DNA of 32,000 nucleotides from Sedimentisphaera cyanobacteriorum (GCF_001997385.1 NZ_CP019633.1:510001-542000); one strand, 5' to 3'. Positions 1 through 8,915 are shown, numbered from the stretch's first letter. Numbers and translations: made by a program. The notes: generated from the letters alone by a model not told the origin.

Positions 1-2
1 CA

Positions 3-581
3 TGGAGGGGCATGGAGCAGTTGTGTTACGATATGATTGATACCCCAGATAAAGTAAGTGAGCTTTTGGAGATTGCGTCTAGAGACTTCTATGACATCTT
101 CGATCATTTTGATAATATGCTTAAATCTCAAGGACATATTTCTGTTACGTGGCTTGGCGTGCCGAGTTATGGCAAATTCCATGTACCCAGCTGTGATTTT
201 GCAACGATGATGTCGCCGGCACAGTTTGATAAATTTGCAATGCCTTATCTCCTGGAGCAGATAAAGCACATGGACCATAATGTATTTCATGTTGATGGGA
301 GCGGGGTGGCAAGGCATATTGATAAGATACTGGATATGCCTGAAATTAACGGGATCCAGTGGGTACAGGGTGTTGGAGAAGATGAACCCATAATGCAATG
401 GCTCGATCTGATCAAGAAAATGCAGGATGCAGGCAAAGGTATTATGGTTGACCTCAAACTTCACGAGCTGGATGAATTTATTCAGGAAATGTCTCCGAGA
501 GGCATCTTCTTGTGTATTGGAGAAAGTGAGCCGGAAGTTCAGAAATCAATTATCAAAAAGCTGGAAAAATGGAAAAGCTGA
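3..581 (+). CDS. URO-D (uroporphyrinogen decarboxylase / MtaA-like methyltransferase) superfamily protein, C-terminal part; the 5' end lies outside the window
   Basis: The frame is open from nt 3 with no stop before the first listed Met at 12, so the gene is cut by the window edge. The pattern SCDFATMMSPAQFDKFAMPYLLEQI...HVDGSG...INGIQWVQG resembles the C-terminal half of URO-D-type TIM-barrel proteins. This is recognition from memory only. Confidence 0.5.
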   Translation, partial: WRGMEQLCYDMIDTPDKVSELLEIASRDFYDIFDHFDNMLKSQGHISVTWLGVPSYGKFHVPSCDFATMMSPAQFDKFAMPYLLEQIKHMDHNVFHVDGSGVARHIDKILDMPEINGIQWVQGVGEDEPIMQWLDLIKKMQDAGKGIMVDLKLHELDEFIQEMSPRGIFLCIGESEPEVQKSIIKKLEKWKS

Positions 582-624
582 ATCCCTCCATACTTCAAGG
601 GTAAGGGATACAGTTAGATGTCTA

Positions 625-633
625 TGGTATAAT
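625..633 (+). promoter_or_regulatory. Candidate extended -10 element (TGGTATAAT) upstream of the GH2-like gene
   Basis: TGgTATAAT lies at 625-633, 78 nt upstream of the ATG at 711. There is no convincing -35 hexamer at 17-bp spacing. This is a sequence match only. Confidence 0.25.
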
Positions 634-710
634 CACTCTGCTTTTTAAATGGCTTATCAGAGCAGAGGGTTAAAAGGGATAAAATATTTTCTCTATTAAG
701 GATTTGTTCT

Positions 711-3674
711 ATGATACTAAGTAAGTCGCCAAAAATTTTTAAGTCGTGCCTTTATTTTACGTTTACTTTCTTGATTTTGCTTCAGGTAAGTTTCGGGGCA
801 GAAAAAAAACAAATTGACCTCAGCGGCCAATGGTCTTTTAAGATAGACCGTGAAAACGTGGGTGTTAGTGATAAATGGTTCAATACTGATTTGCCTTATA
901 AAATTAACTTGCCGGGCAGCCTGCAGGAGCAGGGCTATGGAAATGATATAACCGCCAAGACTGGATGGATCGCTGATTCCAGCGGCGTTGGGCCGATGAC
1001 GGATGCTGAAATGGGCTATGATCAGGTGGAAGCAAAATCAAAATATCCAGGCTGGTTTGTTCATCCGATGTATGAGAAGTACCGCCAGCCTGAAAACCTC
1101 AAATTTCCTTACTGGCTTCAGCCTGAAAAACATTATGTGGGGCAGGCCTGGTATCAGAAAGAGTTTAACATTCCACAGCAGTGGCAGGACCAGAGAGTAA
1201 CATTGACACTGGAAAGATGCCACTGGAAAAGTGATGTATGGCTCAACGGTTCAAAAGTTGGCACAAATGATTCCTTGGTAAGCTCTCATGTTTATGACCT
1301 CACAGATTTTATTTCACTGGGCACAAACAAGCTGACTGTGAGGGTTGACAACTCAATGATATTTGATGTTGGATACAATTCTCATATTGTTTCGGATCAT
1401 ACCCAGAGTGCTTGGAACGGTATCATTGGGAAGATAGCTTTGGAAGCAGAGCCGCTCATTGGGATTGAAAATGTGCAGGTATATCCGGACATAGAGAGCA
1501 AATCCGCCAGGGTAAAGTTCAAGATTTTCAACCATACAAATCAGAAAGCTCAAGTGGCTTTGAGATTAAGTGCTGAAAGCTATAATTCAGATAAAAAACA
1601 CAAGCCTAAACCTTTATCAACTGAAATCACTGCTTCAGTTGGTGAATTATATGTGAATAGCGTTTATCCAATGTCAGATAATGTGCAGTTGTGGGATGAA
1701 TTCAACCCTGCCCTTTACAATCTTACAGTTGAATTGATACCTTCTGATAACAAAATAAATAAGACCAGCCGGGAAGTTTCTTTTGGAATGCGTGAAGTGG
1801 GAACTAATGGTACAAGAGTTTCTATCAACGGCGAAGACATATTCCTTCGGGGAATAGAAGAATGCTGCATTTTCCCCAATACCGGTTATCCGCCAACGGA
1901 TGTTGAATCTTGGCGGCGGATAATGAAGATAAGTAAAAAGTGGGGAATGAATCATCTTCGTTTTCACTCATGGTGTCCGCCGAAGGCAGCATTTCAGGCC
2001 GCAGATATGGAAGGTGTGTACGTAGAGGTCTCATTCTTCTGGGCAAGGTTCGAGGAAGAACCTGTTTACCGCTTTCTTCGCAGGGAAGCCCGCCGTGCAA
2101 TGAAGCAGTACGGCAATCATCCCTCCTTTATCCTGCTTTCTCCCGGTCAGGAGTGCTGGATGGCCAGTAAGGATATTCTGGAGATGTTCAGAGACTGGAA
2201 GACAGACCCGCGAAGGCTTTACAGCGGTCCGGGCAATTCCAACTGGCTGATAACGCCTGAGATAGAGAAAGAATATGAATATTACGCTGCTCGGCATTAT
2301 GAAGGCCATAGGACACGCTATCAGGCTGGCTGGCCGCCAGAAGCGGATGGCGCGTATTTTACGTCAATGCCTCCGCAGACGGTAATCGACTATGAAGAGG
2401 CTGTAAAGGCTTTCGGCAAAAAGCCTTTGATGACTTACGAAGTTGTACAGAGGTGCAGCTATCCCAATCTGGACAGCGGGCACAAATATACCGGTCAATT
2501 TGATGCTGCATACCTTGATATCGCAAGAGATCAGCTTAAAGAAAGAGGAATGCTTGAGCAGGCAGATAATTTTGTAACTGCCTCAGGCAAGTGGCAGGTC
2601 AAGCAGTTTAAGGAAGAAATTGAAGCGGCATTGAGGACAAAAGGTGTTGCCGGCTTCCAGCTTCTCGGAATTCAAGATTTCCCCGGGCAGGGAGCCGCGC
2701 TGGTTGGTATTATAGATGCTTTCTGGGATAACAAGGGTTATGTCAGTGAAGAAAAATTCGGCCAGTTTTGTGATGTTACAGTACCTCTTGCCCGGATGGA
2801 AAAAAGGGTATGGAAACAGAGCGAAACCTTCAAAGCAGGCATTGAGATAGCTAACTTTTCACAGCAGAAATATAATAATGCCGGCATAATTTGCAGGGTC
2901 AAATCAGATCAGGGAAAGGTAATAGAAGAACTCGAACTTGCCAAAATGGACATCCTCATTGGCAACGGCTTCAAAGCTGGGAATTTCGAAGCGGATTTGG
3001 CAGACTATGACTTGGGCAAATATGTCCTGGAAGTTCAGCTGGCTGATACAAATTACAAAAATACTTGGGATTTCTGGGTTTATCCTGATCAGGTTAATAT
3101 GCCCTCTGCGGATGATATTTATATAACAAATAAGTTCGATGAAACGACCCGTCAGCGTCTTGAGGCTGGCGGAAAAGTATTGCTTCTTGCCAAAAGGGAT
3201 GATGTTGCCGGCGATATGCCCCAGTGTTTCTCCAGCATTTACTGGAACTGCCCTTGGACAGGCGGCGGAGAATCTCAAACTATGGGCATCCTGTGTAAGC
3301 CGCAGCATAAACTCTTCGAATATTTCCCTACAGACTTTCATTCAAACTGGCAGTGGTATGAATTGCTGATTGATGCCAGACCGATGATTCTCGACCAGTG
3401 GGATAAAGAAAAAAGCTGGCCAAAAGAGTATCGTCCTCTGGTGCAGCTTATAAACGACTGGAACACAAACAAGAAATTGGCAGTCTTAGCTGAATGCAAG
3501 TACGGCAAAGGGAAAATGGTAATATCATCCATGAATCTGGAAAATGATCTTGATAACAGGTTTGTGGCAAGGCAATTCAGGTACAGTTTGCTGAATTATA
3601 TGAAAAGCAGTGAATTCGACCCGCAGACCAAGGTCAGTAAGCAGCAGATCAATGGGCTGTTCAAAAGCGATTGA
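711..3674 (+). CDS. Secreted GH2-like glycoside hydrolase (beta-galactosidase/beta-glucuronidase-type fold), paralog A
   Basis: 987-aa ORF with a hydrophobic N-terminal signal-like segment (FTFTFLILLQVSFGAEK). It carries a GH2 sugar-binding pattern (LSGQWSFK...LPGSLQEQGYG; WYQKEF...LERCHWKSDVWLNG) and the TIM-barrel block GMNHLRFHSWCPPKAAFQAADMEGVYV. YGNHPSFILLSPGQE sits at the acid/base position and LMTYE at the nucleophile position. It is collinear with the minus-strand paralog at 18133-21375. Confidence 0.7.
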   Translation: MILSKSPKIFKSCLYFTFTFLILLQVSFGAEKKQIDLSGQWSFKIDRENVGVSDKWFNTDLPYKINLPGSLQEQGYGNDITAKTGWIADSSGVGPMTDAEMGYDQVEAKSKYPGWFVHPMYEKYRQPENLKFPYWLQPEKHYVGQAWYQKEFNIPQQWQDQRVTLTLERCHWKSDVWLNGSKVGTNDSLVSSHVYDLTDFISLGTNKLTVRVDNSMIFDVGYNSHIVSDHTQSAWNGIIGKIALEAEPLIGIENVQVYPDIESKSARVKFKIFNHTNQKAQVALRLSAESYNSDKKHKPKPLSTEITASVGELYVNSVYPMSDNVQLWDEFNPALYNLTVELIPSDNKINKTSREVSFGMREVGTNGTRVSINGEDIFLRGIEECCIFPNTGYPPTDVESWRRIMKISKKWGMNHLRFHSWCPPKAAFQAADMEGVYVEVSFFWARFEEEPVYRFLRREARRAMKQYGNHPSFILLSPGQECWMASKDILEMFRDWKTDPRRLYSGPGNSNWLITPEIEKEYEYYAARHYEGHRTRYQAGWPPEADGAYFTSMPPQTVIDYEEAVKAFGKKPLMTYEVVQRCSYPNLDSGHKYTGQFDAAYLDIARDQLKERGMLEQADNFVTASGKWQVKQFKEEIEAALRTKGVAGFQLLGIQDFPGQGAALVGIIDAFWDNKGYVSEEKFGQFCDVTVPLARMEKRVWKQSETFKAGIEIANFSQQKYNNAGIICRVKSDQGKVIEELELAKMDILIGNGFKAGNFEADLADYDLGKYVLEVQLADTNYKNTWDFWVYPDQVNMPSADDIYITNKFDETTRQRLEAGGKVLLLAKRDDVAGDMPQCFSSIYWNCPWTGGGESQTMGILCKPQHKLFEYFPTDFHSNWQWYELLIDARPMILDQWDKEKSWPKEYRPLVQLINDWNTNKKLAVLAECKYGKGKMVISSMNLENDLDNRFVARQFRYSLLNYMKSSEFDPQTKVSKQQINGLFKSD

Positions 3675-3745
3675 TAACACGTCCATATAATTATGGTTCA
3701 AATTTATTAAATAAAATCCTGCCGGCAGGTATAGGAAAATGTATT

Positions 3746-3770
3746 CCGGGTGCTTCCCGGGTCTTTCATT
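3746..3770 (+). terminator. Weak hairpin plus T-rich tail between the GH2-like gene and the MFS gene
   Basis: CCGGG (3746-3750), a 5-nt loop, then CCCGG (3756-3760), followed by GTCTTTCATT. The stem is only 5 bp, so this may be a weak terminator or attenuator, or nothing. Confidence 0.25.
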
Positions 3771-3796
3771 ACTAAAAAATGGAATAAGGAGAAAAA

Positions 3797-5200
3797 ATGG
3801 GCGAAGAGAAAAATTCTAATCTCAGTAAGAGTTATCTTCTGGGAATATCTCTTGCAGCGGCTCTGGGCGGGCTGCTTTTCGGTTACGATCTTGTTGTAAT
3901 CGGCGGAGCTAAGGAATTTTACGAATTAACCTTCGGTCTCAGCAGTCCGGTTATTAAGGGCTGGGCAGTTAGCAGCTGCATAGTAGGCTGCATAGTTGGT
4001 GCGTTTTTTGTCGGCAAGCCTGCTGATTTGTTCGGCAGAAAGATGATGCTTTCGATCGCTGCAATCCTTTTCTTGATTTCAGCAGCTGGTTCTGGATATG
4101 CACCTTCATTCTTCCAGTTTATAATCTACCGAATAATCGGCGGTATAGGTATGGGGATGGCTTCCACAATCTCTCCAATGTATATCTCTGAGCTCTCGCC
4201 TGAATCTATACGAGGTAGGCTTGTTTCCCTGCAGCAGCTCAACATCGTTATTGGCATTCTTCTTGCCCAGCTGGTAAATTATCTCATTCTGAAATCACAT
4301 CCAATCCCGGAAGACGTAAGCGGGGCGGCTTTGCTTGACACATGGAACGGGCAAACCGGCTGGCGTTTGATGTTTCTCGCTGAAGGGTTCTGGGCGCTGC
4401 TGTTTTTCTTTTGTATGCTATTTGTGCCCCACAGTCCGAGGTGGCTTTGTAAGGTTGAGAGAGAGGAGGAAGCAGGAAATGTCCTCAGGCGAATCGGGGG
4501 TGAGGATTATTCCAAAATGTATCTCGCTGATATCAAAGATTCACTTAAGGGCGGGCATCATATAAATGAGCTTGCCGAAATCCTTAAGCCTAAAGTAGCA
4601 AAGATTGTTGTTGTGGGGATTTTTATTGCGATTTTTTCACAGTGGTGCGGGATTAATGTAATTTTCAACTATGCCCATGATATTTTCAAAGCAGCCGGCT
4701 ATAATGTCAGCGGCGTGCTCTTTAATCTGCTTATTGTAGGTATAACGAATTTCCTCTTTACAATTGTAGCGATGGTTTCGATAGACAAGCTTGGAAGAAA
4801 GAAGCTTATACTTGCAGGTGCAGTAACTCTCGGAGTATCCTATACGCTCCTTGGGGTTTGTTTTAATATCGGCAGCCAAGGGATCCATGTGCTTGGTTTA
4901 GTGCTGCTTTCAATAGCATTTTTCGCATCAAGTATCGGCCCAGTAACTTGGGTTCTTCTTTCAGAAATATTTCCAAACAAAATTCGAGGGCTTGCAACTT
5001 CAATTGCAGTTTTTGCTATGTGGATAGCTAATTTCCTGCTTGCTCTGACATTCCCAAGCCTGATTTCAAGCCTTGATTTTGACAAAACCTTCTGGCTTTA
5101 TGCCTCAATTTGCTTTCTGGGAGCAGTTTTTATAAAGCTGTGTGTGCCTGAGACTAAAGGAAAAACCCTTGAGCAGATTGAAAGGGAGGTTACTGGATAA
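3797..5200 (+). CDS. MFS sugar porter family transporter (sugar:H+ symporter, XylE/GalP-like)
   Basis: 467 aa with about 12 hydrophobic segments. Sugar-porter motifs are present: GRK after TM2 (LFGRKMM), PHSPRWL (a PESPRWL variant), a second GRKK loop, and C-terminal PETKGKTLEQIE. A strong RBS (AAGGAG) precedes the ATG. Confidence 0.85.
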   Translation: MGEEKNSNLSKSYLLGISLAAALGGLLFGYDLVVIGGAKEFYELTFGLSSPVIKGWAVSSCIVGCIVGAFFVGKPADLFGRKMMLSIAAILFLISAAGSGYAPSFFQFIIYRIIGGIGMGMASTISPMYISELSPESIRGRLVSLQQLNIVIGILLAQLVNYLILKSHPIPEDVSGAALLDTWNGQTGWRLMFLAEGFWALLFFFCMLFVPHSPRWLCKVEREEEAGNVLRRIGGEDYSKMYLADIKDSLKGGHHINELAEILKPKVAKIVVVGIFIAIFSQWCGINVIFNYAHDIFKAAGYNVSGVLFNLLIVGITNFLFTIVAMVSIDKLGRKKLILAGAVTLGVSYTLLGVCFNIGSQGIHVLGLVLLSIAFFASSIGPVTWVLLSEIFPNKIRGLATSIAVFAMWIANFLLALTFPSLISSLDFDKTFWLYASICFLGAVFIKLCVPETKGKTLEQIEREVTG

Positions 5201-5562
5201 ACAAAAAGGGCGGTGCAAAGCAATTATGCATAAAAGGAAAGGCTTAAACAAATGTTTAGTAATTATCCCTGCCGGCAGATAAGTTGAATTTTTAATTTCT
5301 AATTCAAAACTGAGAAGATGTAATATATTAGACAGGATCAAAGGGATGATTTTACAAATTGCTCAAAAATGCGGAATTTTTATACAAAACTGCGTTGTTT
5401 ATTGGGCACATTCATAGTATAAATGATATGTCGAAGAGTTCTGATTGATGAGGTATTCAGCTTTTACTTTCTTAAATATTGATTCAACTTTGATATAAAA
5501 GCAAGAGCTTTGTTGATTGGTTTTAGTTTTATCTGTTTTTTAATTTTTAAAGAGGTGTTACA

Positions 5563-7185
5563 ATGAGAAAAGTTTTAATTGTATTAATGTGTTTCGGCTG
5601 CATTTATGCGGCAAAAGGAGCTGATTTGCTGGAGAACTGGCAGTTTGATGATGGCTTGGATGGTTGGGAGCATACTTCCAACAATAAATGGCACCATCAT
5701 CTGGAAACAGAAATGGAAGGTGATGAGGAGATTAATTATTTCCGCTATGGCTGGGCTGATGGCCTCATGATATGGCAGAATATGGGTACTTTCGAGGAAA
5801 ATACGAAATACCGGATGAAAGTAACTGCCAAGAACTGGGACGGCAAATGTGAGGCAGTTAGGCTTATTTTCAAAGATCAGACAACTGGCATTCATGTCGT
5901 AGATGACGAGAAATGGTTTGAGTATGGCGGTGATAACACCTGGCCTGACCCGAATGCTGTTTACCCATGGGAAGAATTTAGTACAGAGCTTGACACTTCA
6001 AATCATCCTGAAATTGTAGGCAATTCAATGCTTACAGTTATTAGATTGAGTGATTATGAGGACCCTTGGGGGCAGTGGTGCTGGCTTGCTTTAGATTCTG
6101 TAAGTGTTGTTCCTGATAAGCCTAAGGTTATGGAACAACCCGTTGATGATATAGCATCGCCGGATGCAGAATTCAGTGTGGGTGTAGCCAGTTATTCTCA
6201 AGTTCATTACCAATGGTATATCTCTGATGATGATGCAGTAGGCAATGATGTCCCAGTAGGGACAGACTCAGAAACGCTGGTTCTAACTGATGTACCCTCG
6301 GGGGATGCAGGCAAAAAAATATACTGCGTGGTAACCAATGATGAGACTACCGCTTCAGACACTTCTGAGATGGCTCTTCTTGGCGTGGAAGCGAAAATGG
6401 CTCACTGGAAATTTGAAGACAATCTCGAAGACGACACTGTAAACGGTTACGACGGAACTCTATACGCACCTTACTCTCCCTCATTTACAATGGACGGGTA
6501 TGACGGAAGCGCAATTGAATTCACCCAGACAGAGCCAAACAGAGTAGTTATTGAAGGCAGTGAAGACGATTTCAACAACTATCAGGGCGGCCTTACAGTA
6601 AGTGCATGGGTAAATACTGAATATACTGATGGCTGGCAGGTAATAACAGCAAAGGACGACAGAGACATTGACTGGAGCGGCTGGTATCTCGGCATCAGTG
6701 ATTCTCAGCAGGCAGCTTTTACTTTCAGGGGAGCAGATAATTCTACTGGAAGCACAGAATTGGCTGACGGGCAGTGGCATATGATAACAGTAACATATAA
6801 CTCTGAAACTATGGAGCAGAGGCTTTATGTTGACGGCCTTCAGGATGCTCCTACAGTAGTATTGGACAGCGCTCCGGCTAAGACCCCGGCAGGCGAGGTG
6901 CCTGTAGTTATTGGGGCAGAGAATATGTATTCCGATGGCCCGAGAAATCCGTTTTATGGGTTAATGGACGATGTGAGAATATACAACTATCCAAAAGATC
7001 CATATCAAGTAATAGATATTTATAATGACGTTACTGATCCGGATAAAATATTCTGCATTGAAGATGACATACCTGCCCTCGACACAACCGGACCTGACGG
7101 CCAGCCGGACTGCAAAGTTGACCTGCTTGATTTTGCAGCATTAAGCGCCGATTGGATGTCTTCAGGGCTGTATCCAGCAGACTGA
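5563..7185 (+). CDS. Secreted multidomain protein: CBM4/9-like N-domain, Ig-like domain, LamG (concanavalin-A-like lectin) domain and dockerin-like C-terminal tag
   Basis: Signal peptide MRKVLIVLMCFGCIYAAKGA. N-domain begins LLENWQFDDGLDGWEH...FRYGWADG. Ig-like block reads EFSV...YQWY...LVLTDVPSGDAGKKIYCVVTN. LamG_3-type block runs from MAHWKFEDNLEDD through GQWHMITVTY...LYVDG...DDVRIYN. The C-terminus is TGPDGQPDCKVDLLDFAALSADW. Confidence 0.8.
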   Translation: MRKVLIVLMCFGCIYAAKGADLLENWQFDDGLDGWEHTSNNKWHHHLETEMEGDEEINYFRYGWADGLMIWQNMGTFEENTKYRMKVTAKNWDGKCEAVRLIFKDQTTGIHVVDDEKWFEYGGDNTWPDPNAVYPWEEFSTELDTSNHPEIVGNSMLTVIRLSDYEDPWGQWCWLALDSVSVVPDKPKVMEQPVDDIASPDAEFSVGVASYSQVHYQWYISDDDAVGNDVPVGTDSETLVLTDVPSGDAGKKIYCVVTNDETTASDTSEMALLGVEAKMAHWKFEDNLEDDTVNGYDGTLYAPYSPSFTMDGYDGSAIEFTQTEPNRVVIEGSEDDFNNYQGGLTVSAWVNTEYTDGWQVITAKDDRDIDWSGWYLGISDSQQAAFTFRGADNSTGSTELADGQWHMITVTYNSETMEQRLYVDGLQDAPTVVLDSAPAKTPAGEVPVVIGAENMYSDGPRNPFYGLMDDVRIYNYPKDPYQVIDIYNDVTDPDKIFCIEDDIPALDTTGPDGQPDCKVDLLDFAALSADWMSSGLYPAD

Positions 7186-7229
7186 ATTTGTGAAGATCGA
7201 ATATGAAAATAATATTGAGGTGTAAAATT

Positions 7230-8855
7230 ATGAAATTTTTTATGACAATAATCATAGCTATAACTGTTTTAACAGGTTCTCTTTATGCGCAAGAGTTGAA
7301 TTTAGTAAATTCGACATTCGACGAAGGAGAAGAAATCAGCGGAGAGCTGATATTCCCTGATGGTTGGACCGGTTTTAACTCTGTGAATAGAGTTTACCAT
7401 TGTCCAGACGGAAGTTTAGGGAATGCCGGTTATGTTGCAGAAGAAAGCCATATTAGGTATGGCTGGTCTGATGGATGCGGGATAACTCAGAATGAAACCC
7501 TTTCAGGCGTAACGCTGCCTGTAATTCAGGCGGATACTGTTTATACATTAGCAGCCAGAGTTAGGATGGATGAAGACTCTTCTTCTGTGGGAGTTGGGCT
7601 TCAAATGCTTGAGGGAGACAGCTCTGTAATAATCGAGGAAGACCATTTTAACACTGGAACCGGCTGGGTGATATATGAGCTTTCTTTTGATTCAGGCGAT
7701 ATGGAATACTCTCATACTGTTGGCAGTAAATTAGCACCTGCCGTGAAAAATTACGGCGGGAACAACTGGCAGATGATAGATTACGTTAAGCTCTTTGAAG
7801 GTAATGCGGTATGGATAGTGCAGCAGCCTCAGAGTCAGCTGGTTCAGGAAGGTGAAGATGCTCAATTCTCAGTTTCTCTGAACGAACCTGTAACACCTTG
7901 CAGTTATGAATGGTACTCTTCTCCTGATAAAACTGTAGGCGATAATGACGTATTCATAGAGTCTGGAAGTTCTGAGCTCACTGTTTCGGATGTTCAGCTC
8001 TCAGATTCCGGAGGATACTACTACTGCGTAGTCAGCGGCAGCGATTTCTCAATTACTACTAATACCGCTAGGCTTGAAGTTGAGAGGCTTATGGCTCATT
8101 GGAAACTCGACAGCAATCTTCAGGATTCAAGTCCAAACGGATGGGACGGCACAGCTGCAACCACAAATTATGTTTCAGGCGGAGGTATTGACGGAGACTG
8201 CTGCCAGTTTACAAATAACCTGAATGAAACAATAGAAATACCCGAAAGCAGCGAGGCTTTCAACAACTATGAAACGGGGCTGACTGTCAGCTTCTGGAAA
8301 AAATATGACAGCGCAAACACCGACTGGGAAATAGCAATTTCAAAGAGTACATCAAATGGAAACGGCTGGGAAATAGGTACACATAAACATGACAACTCAC
8401 CATTTTTTGGATTTAGGGCTATGGGTGCGCTGAACTCTGAAATAAATATTATTGACGGTCAGTGGCACCACATTGTTGGTACATTTAACGGAAGCGATGC
8501 TGTAAGGCTGTATGTGGACGGTGAGCTCGACCTTGAGACATTTGGCGATTATGATGTTTATCCTAATAATACAAATATTATGATTGGCCGCCGGAATCAA
8601 GATGGGAAGGAATTACCCGTTAGCGGATACTTGGATGAGATTAAAGTTTTTAATTATGATGTCGGCGCAGAAGGTGCAGTTGACCTCTATAACGAATTTG
8701 CAGCTGAGCAAAAAATTGTTTGCATTCAAGAATATGCCCAGCAGTACGACGTTACAGGACCTGAGGGCGAGCCGGACTGCGTGGTAGATCAAAACGATCT
8801 GTATGTTATCCTTATAAACTGGCTTGAAGATAACACATATCCTCAGGTAAACTAG
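7230..8855 (+). CDS. Tandem paralog of the preceding gene: CBM4/9-like, Ig-like and LamG domains with a dockerin-like C-terminal tag
   Basis: Same domain order as 5563-7185: LVNSTFDEGE...IRYGWSDG; QFSV...YEWY...LTVSDVQLSDSGGYYYCVV; MAHWKLDSNLQDSSPNGWDG...GQWHHIVGTF...LYVDG...LDEIKVFN; TGPEGEPDCVVDQNDLYVILINW. I prefer the start at 7230 (MKFFMTIIIAITVLTGSLYAQE, a clean signal peptide) over the upstream ATG at 7203. Confidence 0.8.
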   Translation: MKFFMTIIIAITVLTGSLYAQELNLVNSTFDEGEEISGELIFPDGWTGFNSVNRVYHCPDGSLGNAGYVAEESHIRYGWSDGCGITQNETLSGVTLPVIQADTVYTLAARVRMDEDSSSVGVGLQMLEGDSSVIIEEDHFNTGTGWVIYELSFDSGDMEYSHTVGSKLAPAVKNYGGNNWQMIDYVKLFEGNAVWIVQQPQSQLVQEGEDAQFSVSLNEPVTPCSYEWYSSPDKTVGDNDVFIESGSSELTVSDVQLSDSGGYYYCVVSGSDFSITTNTARLEVERLMAHWKLDSNLQDSSPNGWDGTAATTNYVSGGGIDGDCCQFTNNLNETIEIPESSEAFNNYETGLTVSFWKKYDSANTDWEIAISKSTSNGNGWEIGTHKHDNSPFFGFRAMGALNSEINIIDGQWHHIVGTFNGSDAVRLYVDGELDLETFGDYDVYPNNTNIMIGRRNQDGKELPVSGYLDEIKVFNYDVGAEGAVDLYNEFAAEQKIVCIQEYAQQYDVTGPEGEPDCVVDQNDLYVILINWLEDNTYPQVN

Positions 8856-8884
8856 TTTTTAAGTCTTAAGCTTCAAGTTTTACA

Positions 8885-8915
8885 GGCCCCGCTTTATGCG
8901 GGGCCGATTTTTCTT
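8885..8915 (+). terminator. Rho-independent terminator after the tandem LamG pair
   Basis: Perfect 8-bp GC stem GGCCCCGC (8885-8892) / GCGGGGCC (8898-8905) with a 5-nt loop, followed by GATTTTTCTT. Confidence 0.8.

Noticed and set aside
427-648. 73-aa plus-strand ORF overlapping the 3' end of the URO-D-like gene
   Set aside because: It is an out-of-frame overlap with a better-supported gene and has no motif support.
7203-7229. Upstream ATG giving a 550-aa version of the second LamG protein
   Set aside because: The extension MKIILRCKI precedes a clean signal peptide that starts at the ATG at 7230. The shorter form is more plausible, but neither start can be proven from sequence alone.
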